Notes: generated from the sequence alone by a model not told the origin. A stretch of DNA of 64,000 bases from Calditrichaceae bacterium (GCA_050173015.1 JBFXLE010000004.1:160001-224000); one strand, 5' to 3'. Counted from the stretch's first letter, positions 31,233 to 41,994 are shown. Made by a program: numbers and translations.

Positions 31233-32006
31233 TTAAAAGCAAAGCTTTCCCTGCATATATTTCACGGCATTACCGCTAATCAGGACACGTGTTCCGGAAA
31301 GTTCGCATTTTAAATCGCCTCCGCGTTTTGAAATCTGCCTCGCCTGAAACACTTTTTTTCCCATTCTGGCGGCCCAGTAAGGAGTCAGTGTGCTGTGAGC
31401 CGATCCGGTGACGGGGTCTTCATTGATTTCCTCTTTTGGAGCGAAGAATCTTGAAACGAAATCGACATCATTTCCCGGCGCGGTAACGATGATACCATGC
31501 AGTTCCAGACGTTTCAGAATTTCAAAATCCGGTTGTATGTTTCTTATGTCATCTTCGGTCTCATAAACAGCGAGATAATTGGAAGCGCAATGGACTTCTA
31601 AAGGGGACTGCCCGAGACCTTCGATGAGTAAATCCGGGGTTGGACATTCTGTCGCCGGGATCGCCGGCAGACTCATTTTGAGAGAATCTGTTTCTTTGGT
31701 GACAAACAAATCTCCGCTTTTCGTTTTAAACGTCACTTTGGAGAGAGATGGATCAAGTTCCGTAAAAATAACAAAAGCGGATGCCATCGTAGCGTGTCCG
31801 CATAAATCAACCTCGGTGACAGGTGTAAACCAGCGGAGTTGGAAATATTCTTTTTCCGGAACAAAAAAGGCCGTTTCGGAAAGGTTGTTTTCCGCGGCAA
31901 TTGCCTGGAGCAGCGCGTCATCAGGCCAGTGATCAAGTGGACACACCGCCGCCGGGTTTCCCCCAAATATCTTCTTTGTAAATACATCAATCTGGAAAAT
32001 TTTCAT
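31233..32006 (-). CDS. PhzF-family isomerase
   Basis: GGNPAAV, NLSETAF, RWFTPVTEVDLCGHAT and EDPVTGSAH motifs; start at MKIFQID. Confidence 0.92.
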   Translation of the reverse strand: MKIFQIDVFTKKIFGGNPAAVCPLDHWPDDALLQAIAAENNLSETAFFVPEKEYFQLRWFTPVTEVDLCGHATMASAFVIFTELDPSLSKVTFKTKSGDLFVTKETDSLKMSLPAIPATECPTPDLLIEGLGQSPLEVHCASNYLAVYETEDDIRNIQPDFEILKRLELHGIIVTAPGNDVDFVSRFFAPKEEINEDPVTGSAHSTLTPYWAARMGKKVFQARQISKRGGDLKCELSGTRVLISGNAVKYMQGKLCF

Positions 32007-32206
32007 ATCGGATTCCTGTCTGAAAACGGAATGAGAAATATTACAAAGCGCGCCGCTATGTAACAAGAGTAAAATTAATATATATTATGATTCGTGGGAC
32101 GTTGTCTTGCCGGGGCACGCGGAAAGTTAACTATACATTCCGAATGCGGGATGAACGATTTCGGTCAATTTTCAAATTAGGGAATGCAATTTATATAAAA
32201 ATCAAT

Positions 32207-32242
32207 CAGCCGAATGATTAATTCATGAAAATCATTCGGCTG
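32207..32242 (-). terminator. Hairpin downstream of the sigma factor gene
   Basis: Perfect 13-bp inverted repeat CAGCCGAATGATT...AATCATTCGGCTG. Confidence 0.55.
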
Positions 32243-32361
32243 TGATAAAATTAAATATCATTATACTTGAGATCAGGCAGACACCTGCGGCAAATCGGGT
32301 CTGATATCAGAGAATCGATAGGCCAATTCTGAAACGTCCGATAAATTATAATCCAAAAAGT

Positions 32362-33192
32362 TTACCCCAGATACTGGCGCAGCACTTTACTACGTGAATT
32401 CTGCCGTAGTTTCATCAGGGCTTTTTCCTTGATCTGCCTTATCCGTTCCCGTGTCAGTTTGAATTCTATTCCGACTTCTTCCAGTGTTCTTGCTTTTTTT
32501 CCATCCAGGCCAAAATATAATCTTAATATCTTGGCTTCGCGACTCGTCAATCCTTCTAAAAGATGTCTTACTTCTTCTCTTAATGATTCATCCATCAACT
32601 CAGACTCAGGAGTCACATCGTCATGATCCTGGATCACATCTATCAGACGGCTGTTGCTGTTCGATAAAATGGGTGAATCAATTGAGCTCACACGGGCGGC
32701 TTTTTTGACCGTATAGGTGATTTCATTAGGGTCCATTTCCAGTATACCGGCAATTTCTTCATTGGTAGGGGAGCGCTCTAATTCCTGTTCAAGTTTACTG
32801 TAAACCTTGCCCATTTTTGTCAGGGTACCAACCCGGTTTAGAGGTAAACGGATCATTCTGGTCTTTTCGGCGATGGCCTGTAAAATGGATTGTCTGATCC
32901 ACCATACGGCATAAGAGATAAACTTAAATCCGCGTGTTTCATCAAACCGATACGCGGCTTTTATTAGCCCCAGGTTTCCTTCATTGATCAGATCTTCCAA
33001 AGATAATCCGTGATTTTGATATGATTTAGCAACGCTGACTACAAATCTTAGATTGGCATTTACTAATATTTTAAGGGCTTTTTGGTCATTTTGTTTAATT
33101 CTTCGCGCGAGTTCTATTTCTTCATCAGGTGTAATTAGTTGAATCTCGCTGATTTCTTTGTAATAGTTCTCTAAAGAATGTTTGTTATCCAA
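32362..33192 (-). CDS. RNA polymerase sigma-70 factor, short RpoD/SigA-like (no region 1.1)
   Basis: ANLRFVVSVAK, DLINEGNLGL, FDETRGFKFISYAVWWIRQSI and TLEEVG..LTRERIRQI; TTG start with GAGG RBS. Confidence 0.9.
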   Translation of the reverse strand: MDNKHSLENYYKEISEIQLITPDEEIELARRIKQNDQKALKILVNANLRFVVSVAKSYQNHGLSLEDLINEGNLGLIKAAYRFDETRGFKFISYAVWWIRQSILQAIAEKTRMIRLPLNRVGTLTKMGKVYSKLEQELERSPTNEEIAGILEMDPNEITYTVKKAARVSSIDSPILSNSNSRLIDVIQDHDDVTPESELMDESLREEVRHLLEGLTSREAKILRLYFGLDGKKARTLEEVGIEFKLTRERIRQIKEKALMKLRQNSRSKVLRQYLG

Positions 33193-33601
33193 ATTATTGT
33201 TGCCTCATTTTATATTGTTAATGGCGACTGAAGTATCATTTTTTTAGGAGTGAATACTCAATTCAAGTTTGCTTTTCATTCAGTCTGAATATTTGAGTTT
33301 CCGATCATCAAATCACTGTCTTTTTTACAGATATTTGATAAAGAAAAAATCAAGATACGAATTTTTTGTCCGTAAAACGATTTTTTTTTATTTTCAATCC
33401 TGAAAAACTATCTACAGTCAACGATGTTTTCTTAATAAATGTTTCCGATAAATGCAAATAATTTAAATGTTTTTGTATGCCCGGAGCGAATTATTAGTTT
33501 CTCAACATGGTTGGAGTGATGATTGGCGGCTTTTAGAGGGAATTTACGCGGATATTCATGTTTTTAATTCTTTACCTAAAAATTAAAATAATAGGCGTTA
33601 T

Positions 33602-34516
33602 TTAAAATATTGAAATCCCGGTTATGGTGGTAAACAGTTCCAGAGCTTTGGTGCCCGCCAGTGAATTTCCGCTACGATCAAGACCGGGAGACCAAACGCA
33701 GATACTGAATTTTTCCGGCATGATGGCGAGGATACCACCACCAACTCCACTTTTGCATGGCAGACCAACGCGATAAGCGAAATCACCCACCGCGTCATAG
33801 GTTCCGCAGGTTAGCATGAGTGAGTTAATATATTTTGCCCGGTTGGCGGAAATAATTGATTTTTTATTCCATGTCAGTTTACCGCCGTTTGCCAGGTATA
33901 GACCGGCGCGGGCCACTTCATCACAGGTCATCGAAATCGAACAGTGATGAAAATAAGCATCCAGCACCGTTTCCGCGTCATTTTTTAAATTGCCGAAGCT
34001 TTTCAGAAAATAAGCCATGGCTGAATTACGGTATCCGCTCATTTTTTCTGATTTTGCCACGGTCAGATCAAAGTCTATTTCTGATTCATCACTTACTGAT
34101 CTGACAAAATCAAGAACCGTCTGTTTGGCGTTTTCCAGATGGGATAGTATAATATCCGTTACTACAATCGCCCCGGCGTTGATAAACGGGTTCCGGGGGA
34201 TACCCTTTTCATACTCAAGCTGGACCAGTGAATTAAAAGCGGTGCCGGATGGCTCCCTTCCAATGCGCTTCCAAATATTATTTCCTTCAAACTGCATGGC
34301 CATGGTCAGGGAAAACACTTTAGAGATACTCTGAATAGAAAATTTTTCCGCTGAATCCCCGACGCGATATTGCTCACCGTCAACCGTATGTACAGCCATA
34401 CCGAACTTTCCTGGAGAAATATGCGCCAGTTCGGGAATATAATCCGCCACATGGCCCTGATTTAGCAAGGGTTGAACCTGCTGATATATTTCTTCCAGAA
34501 TTTTAGAATAATCCAT
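33602..34516 (-). CDS. glsA: Glutaminase
   Basis: VADYIPEL, FSIQSISKVF, GREPSGTAFNSLVQLE, NPFINAGA and PCKSGVGGG motifs. Confidence 0.93.
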   Translation of the reverse strand: MDYSKILEEIYQQVQPLLNQGHVADYIPELAHISPGKFGMAVHTVDGEQYRVGDSAEKFSIQSISKVFSLTMAMQFEGNNIWKRIGREPSGTAFNSLVQLEYEKGIPRNPFINAGAIVVTDIILSHLENAKQTVLDFVRSVSDESEIDFDLTVAKSEKMSGYRNSAMAYFLKSFGNLKNDAETVLDAYFHHCSISMTCDEVARAGLYLANGGKLTWNKKSIISANRAKYINSLMLTCGTYDAVGDFAYRVGLPCKSGVGGGILAIMPEKFSICVWSPGLDRSGNSLAGTKALELFTTITGISIF

Positions 34517-34616
34517 TCCCGCCTCATTATTTTTCTGCATTCTTGCTTCCCATTTCTGGCACCGAATACCGCGCCTATCTTTTATCTTTTATCTTTTTTC
34601 TTTTTTCTTCATTTTT

Positions 34617-35081
34617 TACTTCCTACTTCCTACTTCCTACTTCTTACTTTGCTTCCCCACACCGGCCTTCAGAAAAAATCGATGGAAATTCAGGTGAGCG
34701 GAACGTCAGAAATTCTTGCTGTCTGAGCCCATAGGGCGAGTTTAAGAATTTCAGTGCAGCGAGCCGTAGAATATCCCGATTTTTTCTGACAGCCTTGATC
34801 TTTTGGTTCTTTTCCATCAAGGGAAAAGAACATAGAAGCCTCCAATACAGGAGATGACCAGTTCCCTGCAACTAACTTCAACATGTCATTCAGGAGGAAG
34901 CCCTTTCTTTGTTTGAATAAATATCCAGAGCAAGCAGAAGATTCCTCTATCTAAAATCCGCCTCTGGCGGGCAGGATGACGTGCTGCGGCAGTCGTCAAG
35001 CGCGGGCACGCCTACTCTTAACTCATAACTCTTTTCTCTTAACTCTTAACTTTTCTTACTTCCCACTTCCTACTTCCCACT
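34617..35081. repeat. Composite intergenic repeat stack: heptamer tracts plus long palindromic elements
   Basis: (CTTCCTA)n at 34617-34648. Nested IRs TCAGAAAAAATCG/CGATTTTTTCTGA (34669-34789), GAAATTCTT/AAGAATTTC and GTTCTTTTCC/GGAAAAGAAC (34806-34831). GTCATTC...GGATGAC at 34885-34980. (CTCTTAA)n and (CTTCC[C/T]A)n at 35012-35081. Confidence 0.75.
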
Positions 35082-36551
35082 TCACCTTAGCAGCAGCATC
35101 TTTCGAGAGACAGCGCCGGCGTTATCAGTCTGCAAACGGTAGATATATATCCCGCTTGGCAGGGGCTTTCCGAATTCGTCCAGTCCATCCCATGTTACAC
35201 GAAATTCACCGGGACCGGTGTTCCCATGAAAAAGTACACGGACTTTTTCACCGATCGTGTTATAAACTGTAACACGGACCCGGGATGACTTTTCCAGAAC
35301 ATATTTTATATGCGTTTCTGGATTGAACGGATTCGGGTAATTTTGAGACAAGTGAAACCTATTCGGGTGGTTCTCCGGATGTCCGGCGGAGGTCTGTGTC
35401 GCGGGAAAAAACATCAGCAGGGCATCATCGATATGCGCCCGCCAGAATCCCCAGCTGTGTCCTTCATGATATTCATTATATATATAGGTATAACCCTTTT
35501 CATCAATCACGGGTATGAAATTCCTTACAAGTGGAATCAGCGACGGGATATCGTAAGTGCCAAGATCCATATAAATTTTGAGATCAAGCGTCGGTCCCGT
35601 CTGAAATCCAATATGGATTTTGGTCTGGATATTGCTTGACTGCGCCGCGACGTTTCCGAATATCTCCGGATGAGAAAGAGCCAGCCAGAGAGCGATATTG
35701 CCGCCGTTGGACGCGCCCATAACCGCAAAATTATCCGGCGCGGGTAGGGTACGGAATCGCCGGTTTATCCAGGGGACCACTTCTTCGGTAATAAACAGAG
35801 TAAACTCATCCTGCAGCGTCCCGGCATATTCATCTGTGCGGTTTACCGGCGGAATAAATACACCGATGACCGGTTTGATATATCCTCTGTTAATCATGTA
35901 ATCCAGAACATTGTTAGCATTGGCCAGCGAGATATATTCAAGACCATCATTAAATATTATCACAGGACAGCGTTCAGAAGAAGAGTTGTAAAATGGAGGT
36001 AGATAAACTCGGATTTTACGTGAATTGTTGAGATTCGCGCTATAGAAGGTAGTATCGATCAGGGTGCCGTGAGATAGTTCCGGTCGATAATTAATCTCCT
36101 CAGGGAAAATATAACCGGGCATCCGCAGCTCTGAATTCGGGCCATAACCGCCTGTAACCGTCAGCGGATTTCTGGGGTCCAGAATCCAGTTGGAGCCGTT
36201 CAGCACAAATTTATAGTCAAGCCGGGCGTCATTTTCATACACTACGGATTTAGACCAAAAATTAGTTCCGCTGATTCTGCCCATCGGTGATTCCGAGATC
36301 GACCACGAATTGGCGTCTCCGGGGATGGACACGCTGTTCACATTCCCCGTATAGATAAAATGCGCCAGGGTATCGTTTTCGATATAGGGGAAAGAAGGAA
36401 CCGTTGTCAGGAAACTGTCAATCTTCGCCTGACGTTCATTTTCAGGCAGGGAGTTCACATAGGTGACAAATTCATCAAATGACTGCGCCTGAAGCAGGGC
36501 AGTAAATAATGCAAAAAAAATGATTAAAATATGACTTCTCATTCTTAACAT
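35082..36551 (-). CDS. Secreted Fes/IroE-like alpha/beta esterase with N-terminal CBM48-like and C-terminal FlgD-Ig/T9SS-like domain
   Basis: Signal peptide, RLDYKFVLNG..DPRNP, nucleophile GASNGG, EGHSWGFWR, C-terminal LSQNYPNPFNPET..LPSGIYIYRL..RKMLLLR. Confidence 0.85.
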   Translation of the reverse strand: MLRMRSHILIIFFALFTALLQAQSFDEFVTYVNSLPENERQAKIDSFLTTVPSFPYIENDTLAHFIYTGNVNSVSIPGDANSWSISESPMGRISGTNFWSKSVVYENDARLDYKFVLNGSNWILDPRNPLTVTGGYGPNSELRMPGYIFPEEINYRPELSHGTLIDTTFYSANLNNSRKIRVYLPPFYNSSSERCPVIIFNDGLEYISLANANNVLDYMINRGYIKPVIGVFIPPVNRTDEYAGTLQDEFTLFITEEVVPWINRRFRTLPAPDNFAVMGASNGGNIALWLALSHPEIFGNVAAQSSNIQTKIHIGFQTGPTLDLKIYMDLGTYDIPSLIPLVRNFIPVIDEKGYTYIYNEYHEGHSWGFWRAHIDDALLMFFPATQTSAGHPENHPNRFHLSQNYPNPFNPETHIKYVLEKSSRVRVTVYNTIGEKVRVLFHGNTGPGEFRVTWDGLDEFGKPLPSGIYIYRLQTDNAGAVSRKMLLLR

Positions 36552-36620
36552 CTCATACTCCAGATTTCTAAGTTTATTAAATGATTCTCTTAGACCGGAT
36601 TTTATTTTGGCTGATTAAAA

Positions 36621-37971
36621 CATAGCTGAAATCCATCTCTTTTATCTTTTTTCCTAATTCCACCTGCCGCCGGAGGTGACGCGGCTTTGTAGAGCATGGA
36701 ATCCCGATGTCATTGTTCGACCCCGACGGGGTCGTGGGATGTCGCGGGGTCCGTTTTTCTACAAAAATGTCATCCCTTCGGGATTACAAACTCAATTTTT
36801 CGTGGTTAACTGCATTCGGTCCGTCCCTACTCTTAACTCTTAACTCTTTTCTCTTAACGCTCTTAATCTTTTTTCTTAAAATTCCTACTTCCTACTTCCT
36901 ACTTCTTACTTTTCTTTTTTCTTCCTACTTTTTGAAGGCTAAAAAGTAGCAAAAAGCCCCGGCGAATTTTAACTCGTGTATCATTCAGCCATTTTTCAAT
37001 TTCTTCCACTCGAACAGAAAATTCGCCCAAAAGGATCCCGCAACACCATAGCTGAATCTTCAACTCTTAATTCTTTTTTCTTTTGTCTTTTTTCCTAATT
37101 TCACCTGCCGCCGGAGGCGACGCGGCTTTGTAGAGCATGGAATCCCGATGTCATTGTTCGACCCCGACGGGGTCGCGGGATGTCGCGGGGTCCGTTTTTC
37201 TACAAAAATGTCATCCCTTCGGGATTACAAACTCAATTTTTCGTGGTTAACTGCATTCGGTCCGTCCCTACTCTTAACTCTTAACTCTTTTCTCTTAACG
37301 CTCTTAATCTTTTTTCTTAAAATTCCTACTTCCTACTTCTTACTTCTTACTTCCTACTTTTCTTTCTCTCCCTACTTTTTGAATGGCCAAAAAGTAGCAA
37401 AAAGCCCTGGCGAATTTTAACTCGTGTAAAATTTATCCGTTTTTAAATTTACTCCACTCGGACAGAAAATTCGCCCCAAAGAATCCCGCAACACCATAGC
37501 TGAATCTTCAACTCTTAATTCTTTTTTCTTTTGTCTTTTTTCCTAATTTCACCTGCCGCCGGAGGTGACGCGGCTTTGTAGAGCATGGAATCCCGATGTC
37601 ATTGTTCGACCCCGACGGGGTCGCGGGATGTCGCGGGGTCCGTTTTTCTACAAAAATGTCATCCCTTCGGGATTACAAACTCAATTTTTCGTGGTTAACT
37701 GCATTCGGTCCGTCCCTACTCTTAACTCTTAACTCTTTTCTCTTAACGCTCTTAATCTTTTTTCTTAAAATTCCTACTTCCTACTTCCTACTTTTTGAAG
37801 GCTAAAAAGTAGCAAAAAGCCCCGGCGAATTTTAACTCGTGTATCATTCAGCCATTTTTCAATTTCTTCCACTCGAACAGAAAATTCGCCCCAAAGAATC
37901 CCGCTACACAATAGTTGAATCTGAATCTCCAACTCTTTTTTCTTTTATCTTTTTTCTTTTTTCTTATCATT
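36621..37971. repeat. Tandem array of three ~441-448-bp non-coding palindrome-rich units
   Basis: Near-identical units; CACCTGCCGCCGGAGG recurs at 36661, 37102 and 37550. Confidence 0.95.
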
Positions 37972-37972
37972 C

Positions 37973-38620
37973 CTACTTGGCCAACTCTACATCCGACTGA
38001 TCCAGAATGTCCTGCAAACGATTTAAATATCTCGATACATGTAGCGCGTCCATTAGGGAATGATGGACTTCAACAGAAATAGGCATCATTAACCGACCGT
38101 TTTTAGTCTGATATTTTCCAAACACGATTTTCGGGATGGAATCTTCGCGTCCAAAACGCCGGGAATGCGAAAGACCGGTGAATGCAATCCAGGGAATCAC
38201 CGAATAATGAATCATATTATCATCATTGGCCCGCGCATCCAGTGACTGTTTGTCTTCACTGTTTTTCCGGAGAACCGACGTCATTTCACTTTTGAAGTCA
38301 TCAAAGGAATCATGGAAATCAAAATAACAAAAACTGAAAGTTTCGTTATCATTCATTACGGTGGAACCCGCGTGAATCCTGTCATATATAATGACCTGGT
38401 CATTTTTTATGCGGTACCGGAATTCTTCCACTTCATTTACCGCTTTTTGTGAAGCGAAAAGGGACGCGATAAAAAAGGAAATGTTTTTTTCTTTCGTAAA
38501 CTTCATCAGAGCCGTTATATCGACTTCGGTGCAGATATTAAAGAAAGGGTTATCGTAATCTTTAAAAAACAGATATTGTTCCCTGCGACTCCAGCTATTC
38601 ATATCAAGAATTTTATACAT
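37973..38620 (-). CDS. Chloramphenicol acetyltransferase (CatA-like)
   Basis: WSRREQYLFF, EEFRYRI, SVIPWIAFT, SIPKIVFGK and catalytic VEVHHSLMD motifs. Confidence 0.88.
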   Translation of the reverse strand: MYKILDMNSWSRREQYLFFKDYDNPFFNICTEVDITALMKFTKEKNISFFIASLFASQKAVNEVEEFRYRIKNDQVIIYDRIHAGSTVMNDNETFSFCYFDFHDSFDDFKSEMTSVLRKNSEDKQSLDARANDDNMIHYSVIPWIAFTGLSHSRRFGREDSIPKIVFGKYQTKNGRLMMPISVEVHHSLMDALHVSRYLNRLQDILDQSDVELAK

Positions 38621-39062
38621 TTACATACGCCGATCACATAAATTTTGTGTTTTTGTTGTAATATTTATTAAAAATTTAACGACGGCGGTTATAAGAAACA
38701 AACGTTTTAATCAATTGGCCACGCCGGTATCCGGATAAAGCCGGTAGTTAATATATTTTCTCCAAATAATTTTTGTTTTTCACCAACTTATGACTATATT
38801 CAGGATTCGCTAACAACCGGTGTATTCCAAACCGGGGCTGATCACGCAGAGTTGGCGGCAGATTTGATGAACTGAAAGGTAAGACCCTCCGGCAAATATC
38901 CCTTTTCTGACTTTCATTATCCGTTCACTGCCTGATTCAGAAAAACATTTTTTTGGAAAAGTCAGGGACAATCACGATTATTTTCATCGGAATGTCCGCT
39001 GATCATTACGCGATGTTGTTGGTATAATTTTATAGTACTTTTATTTAATGTAATGGAAAAAT

Positions 39063-40676
39063 ATGAACGAATTTAAAGATCTCGGTCTCTCAGATAAAAC
39101 GCTAAAGGCGATCCATCAAAAAGGATTTGAGGAGCCGACCGAAATACAAAGATTAACCATACCGCTGCTGCTTGAAAATAAACTGGATATTATCGCCCAG
39201 GCTCAGACCGGAACCGGGAAAACCGCGGCGTTTGCCTTACCGCTTATCGAAAATATCCGTGAATCAGGAAGGGATGTTCAGGCGATTATTCTGGCACCGA
39301 CGAGAGAACTTGTTATCCAGGTTTGTGAAGAAATCAATGCTCTTAAAGGGGAGAATCGTCTGGTTGTCGCGCCGATATACGGCGGTCAGTCCATTGAGCT
39401 TCAGCTCAAAAAATTAAAAAGAGGCATTTCCGTGGTAGTAGGTACCCCGGGCAGAATTCTTGATCATCTCAAACGCAGAAGTCTCGATCTGTCAAATATC
39501 CGATATTTTATTCTTGACGAAGCGGATGAAATGCTCAATATGGGCTTTATTGACGATATTGAGAAAATTCTTCAATCCACACCCCAGGAAAAACGTGTGC
39601 TGCTGTTTTCCGCGACCATGCCCGCTCCCATAAAAAAATTAGCTGAAAAATACATGGGAAAATACACTCATGTAAAAACCAAGACGGAATTGACGACAAA
39701 GCTGACAGATCAGATTTATTTTGAAGTGTCAAGGCAGGATAAATTTGAAGCCCTGAGCAGGATTGTGGACATCGAAAGCGATTTCTATGGATTAGTCTTT
39801 TGCAGAACCAAGGTAGAAGTGGGCGAAATCGCCAATAAACTGATTGAAAGAGGGTATGCCGCGGACGGTCTGCACGGTGATATTTCACAGTCGATGCGCG
39901 AAAGTATTCTCGCGCGATTCAGGAAAAAAAAGATATCCATCCTGGTTGCCACCGATGTTGCCGCGAGAGGCATTGACGTCGCCAACCTGACGCATGTCAT
40001 CAATTATTCACTGCCGCAGAATCCTGAATCCTATATCCATCGAATTGGAAGAACGGGCAGAGCGGGGAGTCAGGGAACAGCCATCACTTTTGTGACTCCG
40101 GATGAATTTAAAAATCTGGGCTTTATCAAGCGCGTCGCCAATGTTGACATCCGCAAAAAAGAAGTACCAAATATCAGCCAGATTGTCAACGCGAAAATGA
40201 AGAAAATTACGGATGACCTGAGAACGGTGCTGTCTGATAATAATCTTGAAGACTATCGTGAATGGGTTGCGCAACTTACCGCGAATAATTCACCGGAAGA
40301 TATTCTGGCGGCTATTCTGAAATATTCATACGGAAAGCAGCTGGATTCCAGGAATTACCGTGAATTGAGACCCATTTTAAAAAACACGGAGCGGAAGAGG
40401 GGCAGAACCTTGGTGGAGGAAGAGGGGAAAACAAGGCTGTTTATCGCCAAAGGGAAAAATGGCCAGACGACGACGGCAAAACTGCTGGATTTTATCACCA
40501 GAAAAACGGGTACCCCGAAAAATCTGATAGAAAACATAGAGATCTATGATGATTTCTCCTTCATCACAGTACCATTCGCCGAAGCGGAATTTATTCTGAA
40601 GAAATTCAGAAAAATTAAAGTGGGGAGAAGATCAATCGTAATGAAAGCCAAAACAGAAGGCAGAAGCAGAAGGTAA
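39063..40676 (+). CDS. DEAD-box RNA helicase with DbpA-type C-terminal RNA-binding domain (DeaD/CsdA-like)
   Basis: AQTGTGKT, APTREL, DEADEM, FSAT, YIHRIGRTGRAG and C-terminal DFSFITVP motifs. Confidence 0.95.
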   Translation: MNEFKDLGLSDKTLKAIHQKGFEEPTEIQRLTIPLLLENKLDIIAQAQTGTGKTAAFALPLIENIRESGRDVQAIILAPTRELVIQVCEEINALKGENRLVVAPIYGGQSIELQLKKLKRGISVVVGTPGRILDHLKRRSLDLSNIRYFILDEADEMLNMGFIDDIEKILQSTPQEKRVLLFSATMPAPIKKLAEKYMGKYTHVKTKTELTTKLTDQIYFEVSRQDKFEALSRIVDIESDFYGLVFCRTKVEVGEIANKLIERGYAADGLHGDISQSMRESILARFRKKKISILVATDVAARGIDVANLTHVINYSLPQNPESYIHRIGRTGRAGSQGTAITFVTPDEFKNLGFIKRVANVDIRKKEVPNISQIVNAKMKKITDDLRTVLSDNNLEDYREWVAQLTANNSPEDILAAILKYSYGKQLDSRNYRELRPILKNTERKRGRTLVEEEGKTRLFIAKGKNGQTTTAKLLDFITRKTGTPKNLIENIEIYDDFSFITVPFAEAEFILKKFRKIKVGRRSIVMKAKTEGRSRR

Positions 40677-40777
40677 GTTCAAAAAAGCCCAACGGGTAAT
40701 GTGGAGCCGCATTGCCCGGTGGATTTATGCATCCAAAGCTATAACTAAAATAAAGACGATTGCCAAAAGATATCATC

Positions 40778-41861
40778 TTAAGAACGAAAACTCGCGCGAA
40801 GTACAAAATAGCCGACAACGCCCGAGACAAGTGAACCCAGGATAATACCCAGCCTCTCATCAAACAATAAATTAACACCCGTTTCTTCAAAGGCGAGGGA
40901 GCCGATAAACAGGCTCATGGTAAAACATACACCGCACAACAAAGCCGTACTGTACAACGACATCCAGGACATTCCGGAGGCAATCTGGTAAATTTTAGTT
41001 TAATGCAAAGCCAGCACATCCCAAAAACCCCGACCTGTTTGCCTATAAATAAGCCGAGGGCAATACCCATCGGAACTGTGTGAAAAAATTGTTCAGAACC
41101 AATATCAAGAAAACTTAATCCCGCATTTGCAAACGCGAAGACGGGCAAGACAAAAAAAGCGACTACTGTATGAAGATCGTGCTCCAAACTTTTCAGGGGC
41201 GAATAATGAGGCTCGGTTTTAGATTTTATGGGAATAAACATAGCCACTATCACACCGGTAAGTATCGCGTGAACACCCGATTTTAACATTGCCACCCACA
41301 TTATGACCCCGACCGGCAAAAACGCGCTTTTTGATTCCGTCCCGCGTTTACTTAGAAAGAAAAGCATGGATACACAAGAAGCAACGACCAAAAGGGCGTT
41401 AAATGATATAGATGCTGTGTAGAAAAGGGCTATTATTAAAATAGCGCCTATATCATCAAATATTGCTAGCGAAGTGAGAAATACCTTAATGCCGGCAGGA
41501 ACTCTTGACCCGAGCAAAGATAATATGCCCAGTGCAAAAGTAATATCGGTCGCCGCGGGAATTGCCCAGCCTTTTATGGCCACGGGATCTCCCGCGTTAA
41601 AATAAGCATAAATTAAGGCCGGTAGCAACATGCCGCCAATCGCCCCAATAAACCATCATTAATCCAGAGTAATAGTGGTTTCGCTATCTCAAACACGCCA
41701 ACCCGAATTACAACGGGAGTATCAAGAAGCAATGTGAATTAAGATTGCAGGGGTGTATTTGCCAGCAACATGGCAAGCGCAGCGGTGAACATAAGCATAA
41801 TGCCGCCGGCAAATTCGAGTTTGAAAAAGCTTGCTATGAAAGATTCATTGTTATTGTTCAT
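40778..41861 (-). pseudogene. nhaA: Na+/H+ antiporter NhaA pseudogene
   Basis: MNNNNESF..FKLEFAGGIMLM..AN then an in-frame [12 protein letters not shown] jumps to AIGGM (segment deleted); GWAIPAATDI and LAIFDDIGA intact; frameshift near 40975 before LCGVCFTMSLFIGSLAF. Confidence 0.85.
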
Positions 41862-41994
41862 GGTATTCCATCCATTCCGGATATGAAAAATTCGAACAGA
41901 CACTGTTTGGTAGCGCTTAGTAACACGTAATTTCTGAAATTTATCATTATTGTGTTGTTTAACTCTTAGCCGCTGTAATTAAGGGAATCGCGTC

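Noticed and set aside
32362-33192. Sigma factor lacking region 1.1 as a novelty or truncation
   Set aside because: Short SigA-like factors are normal in FCB-group bacteria; regions 1.2-4 are intact.
36707-37805. Three 69-90 aa ORFs (MSLFDPDG...) as real genes
   Set aside because: They run through palindromes and heptamer tracts (LLTSYF-type translation), have variable ends and no clear RBS.
36621-37971. CRISPR array
   Set aside because: Units are ~445 bp and nearly identical throughout, with no unique spacers and no cas genes in the window.
37973-38620. CAT gene as a mobile resistance cassette
   Set aside because: No IS or attC flanks it; CatA-like acetyltransferases are common chromosomal genes, and its substrate is unproven.
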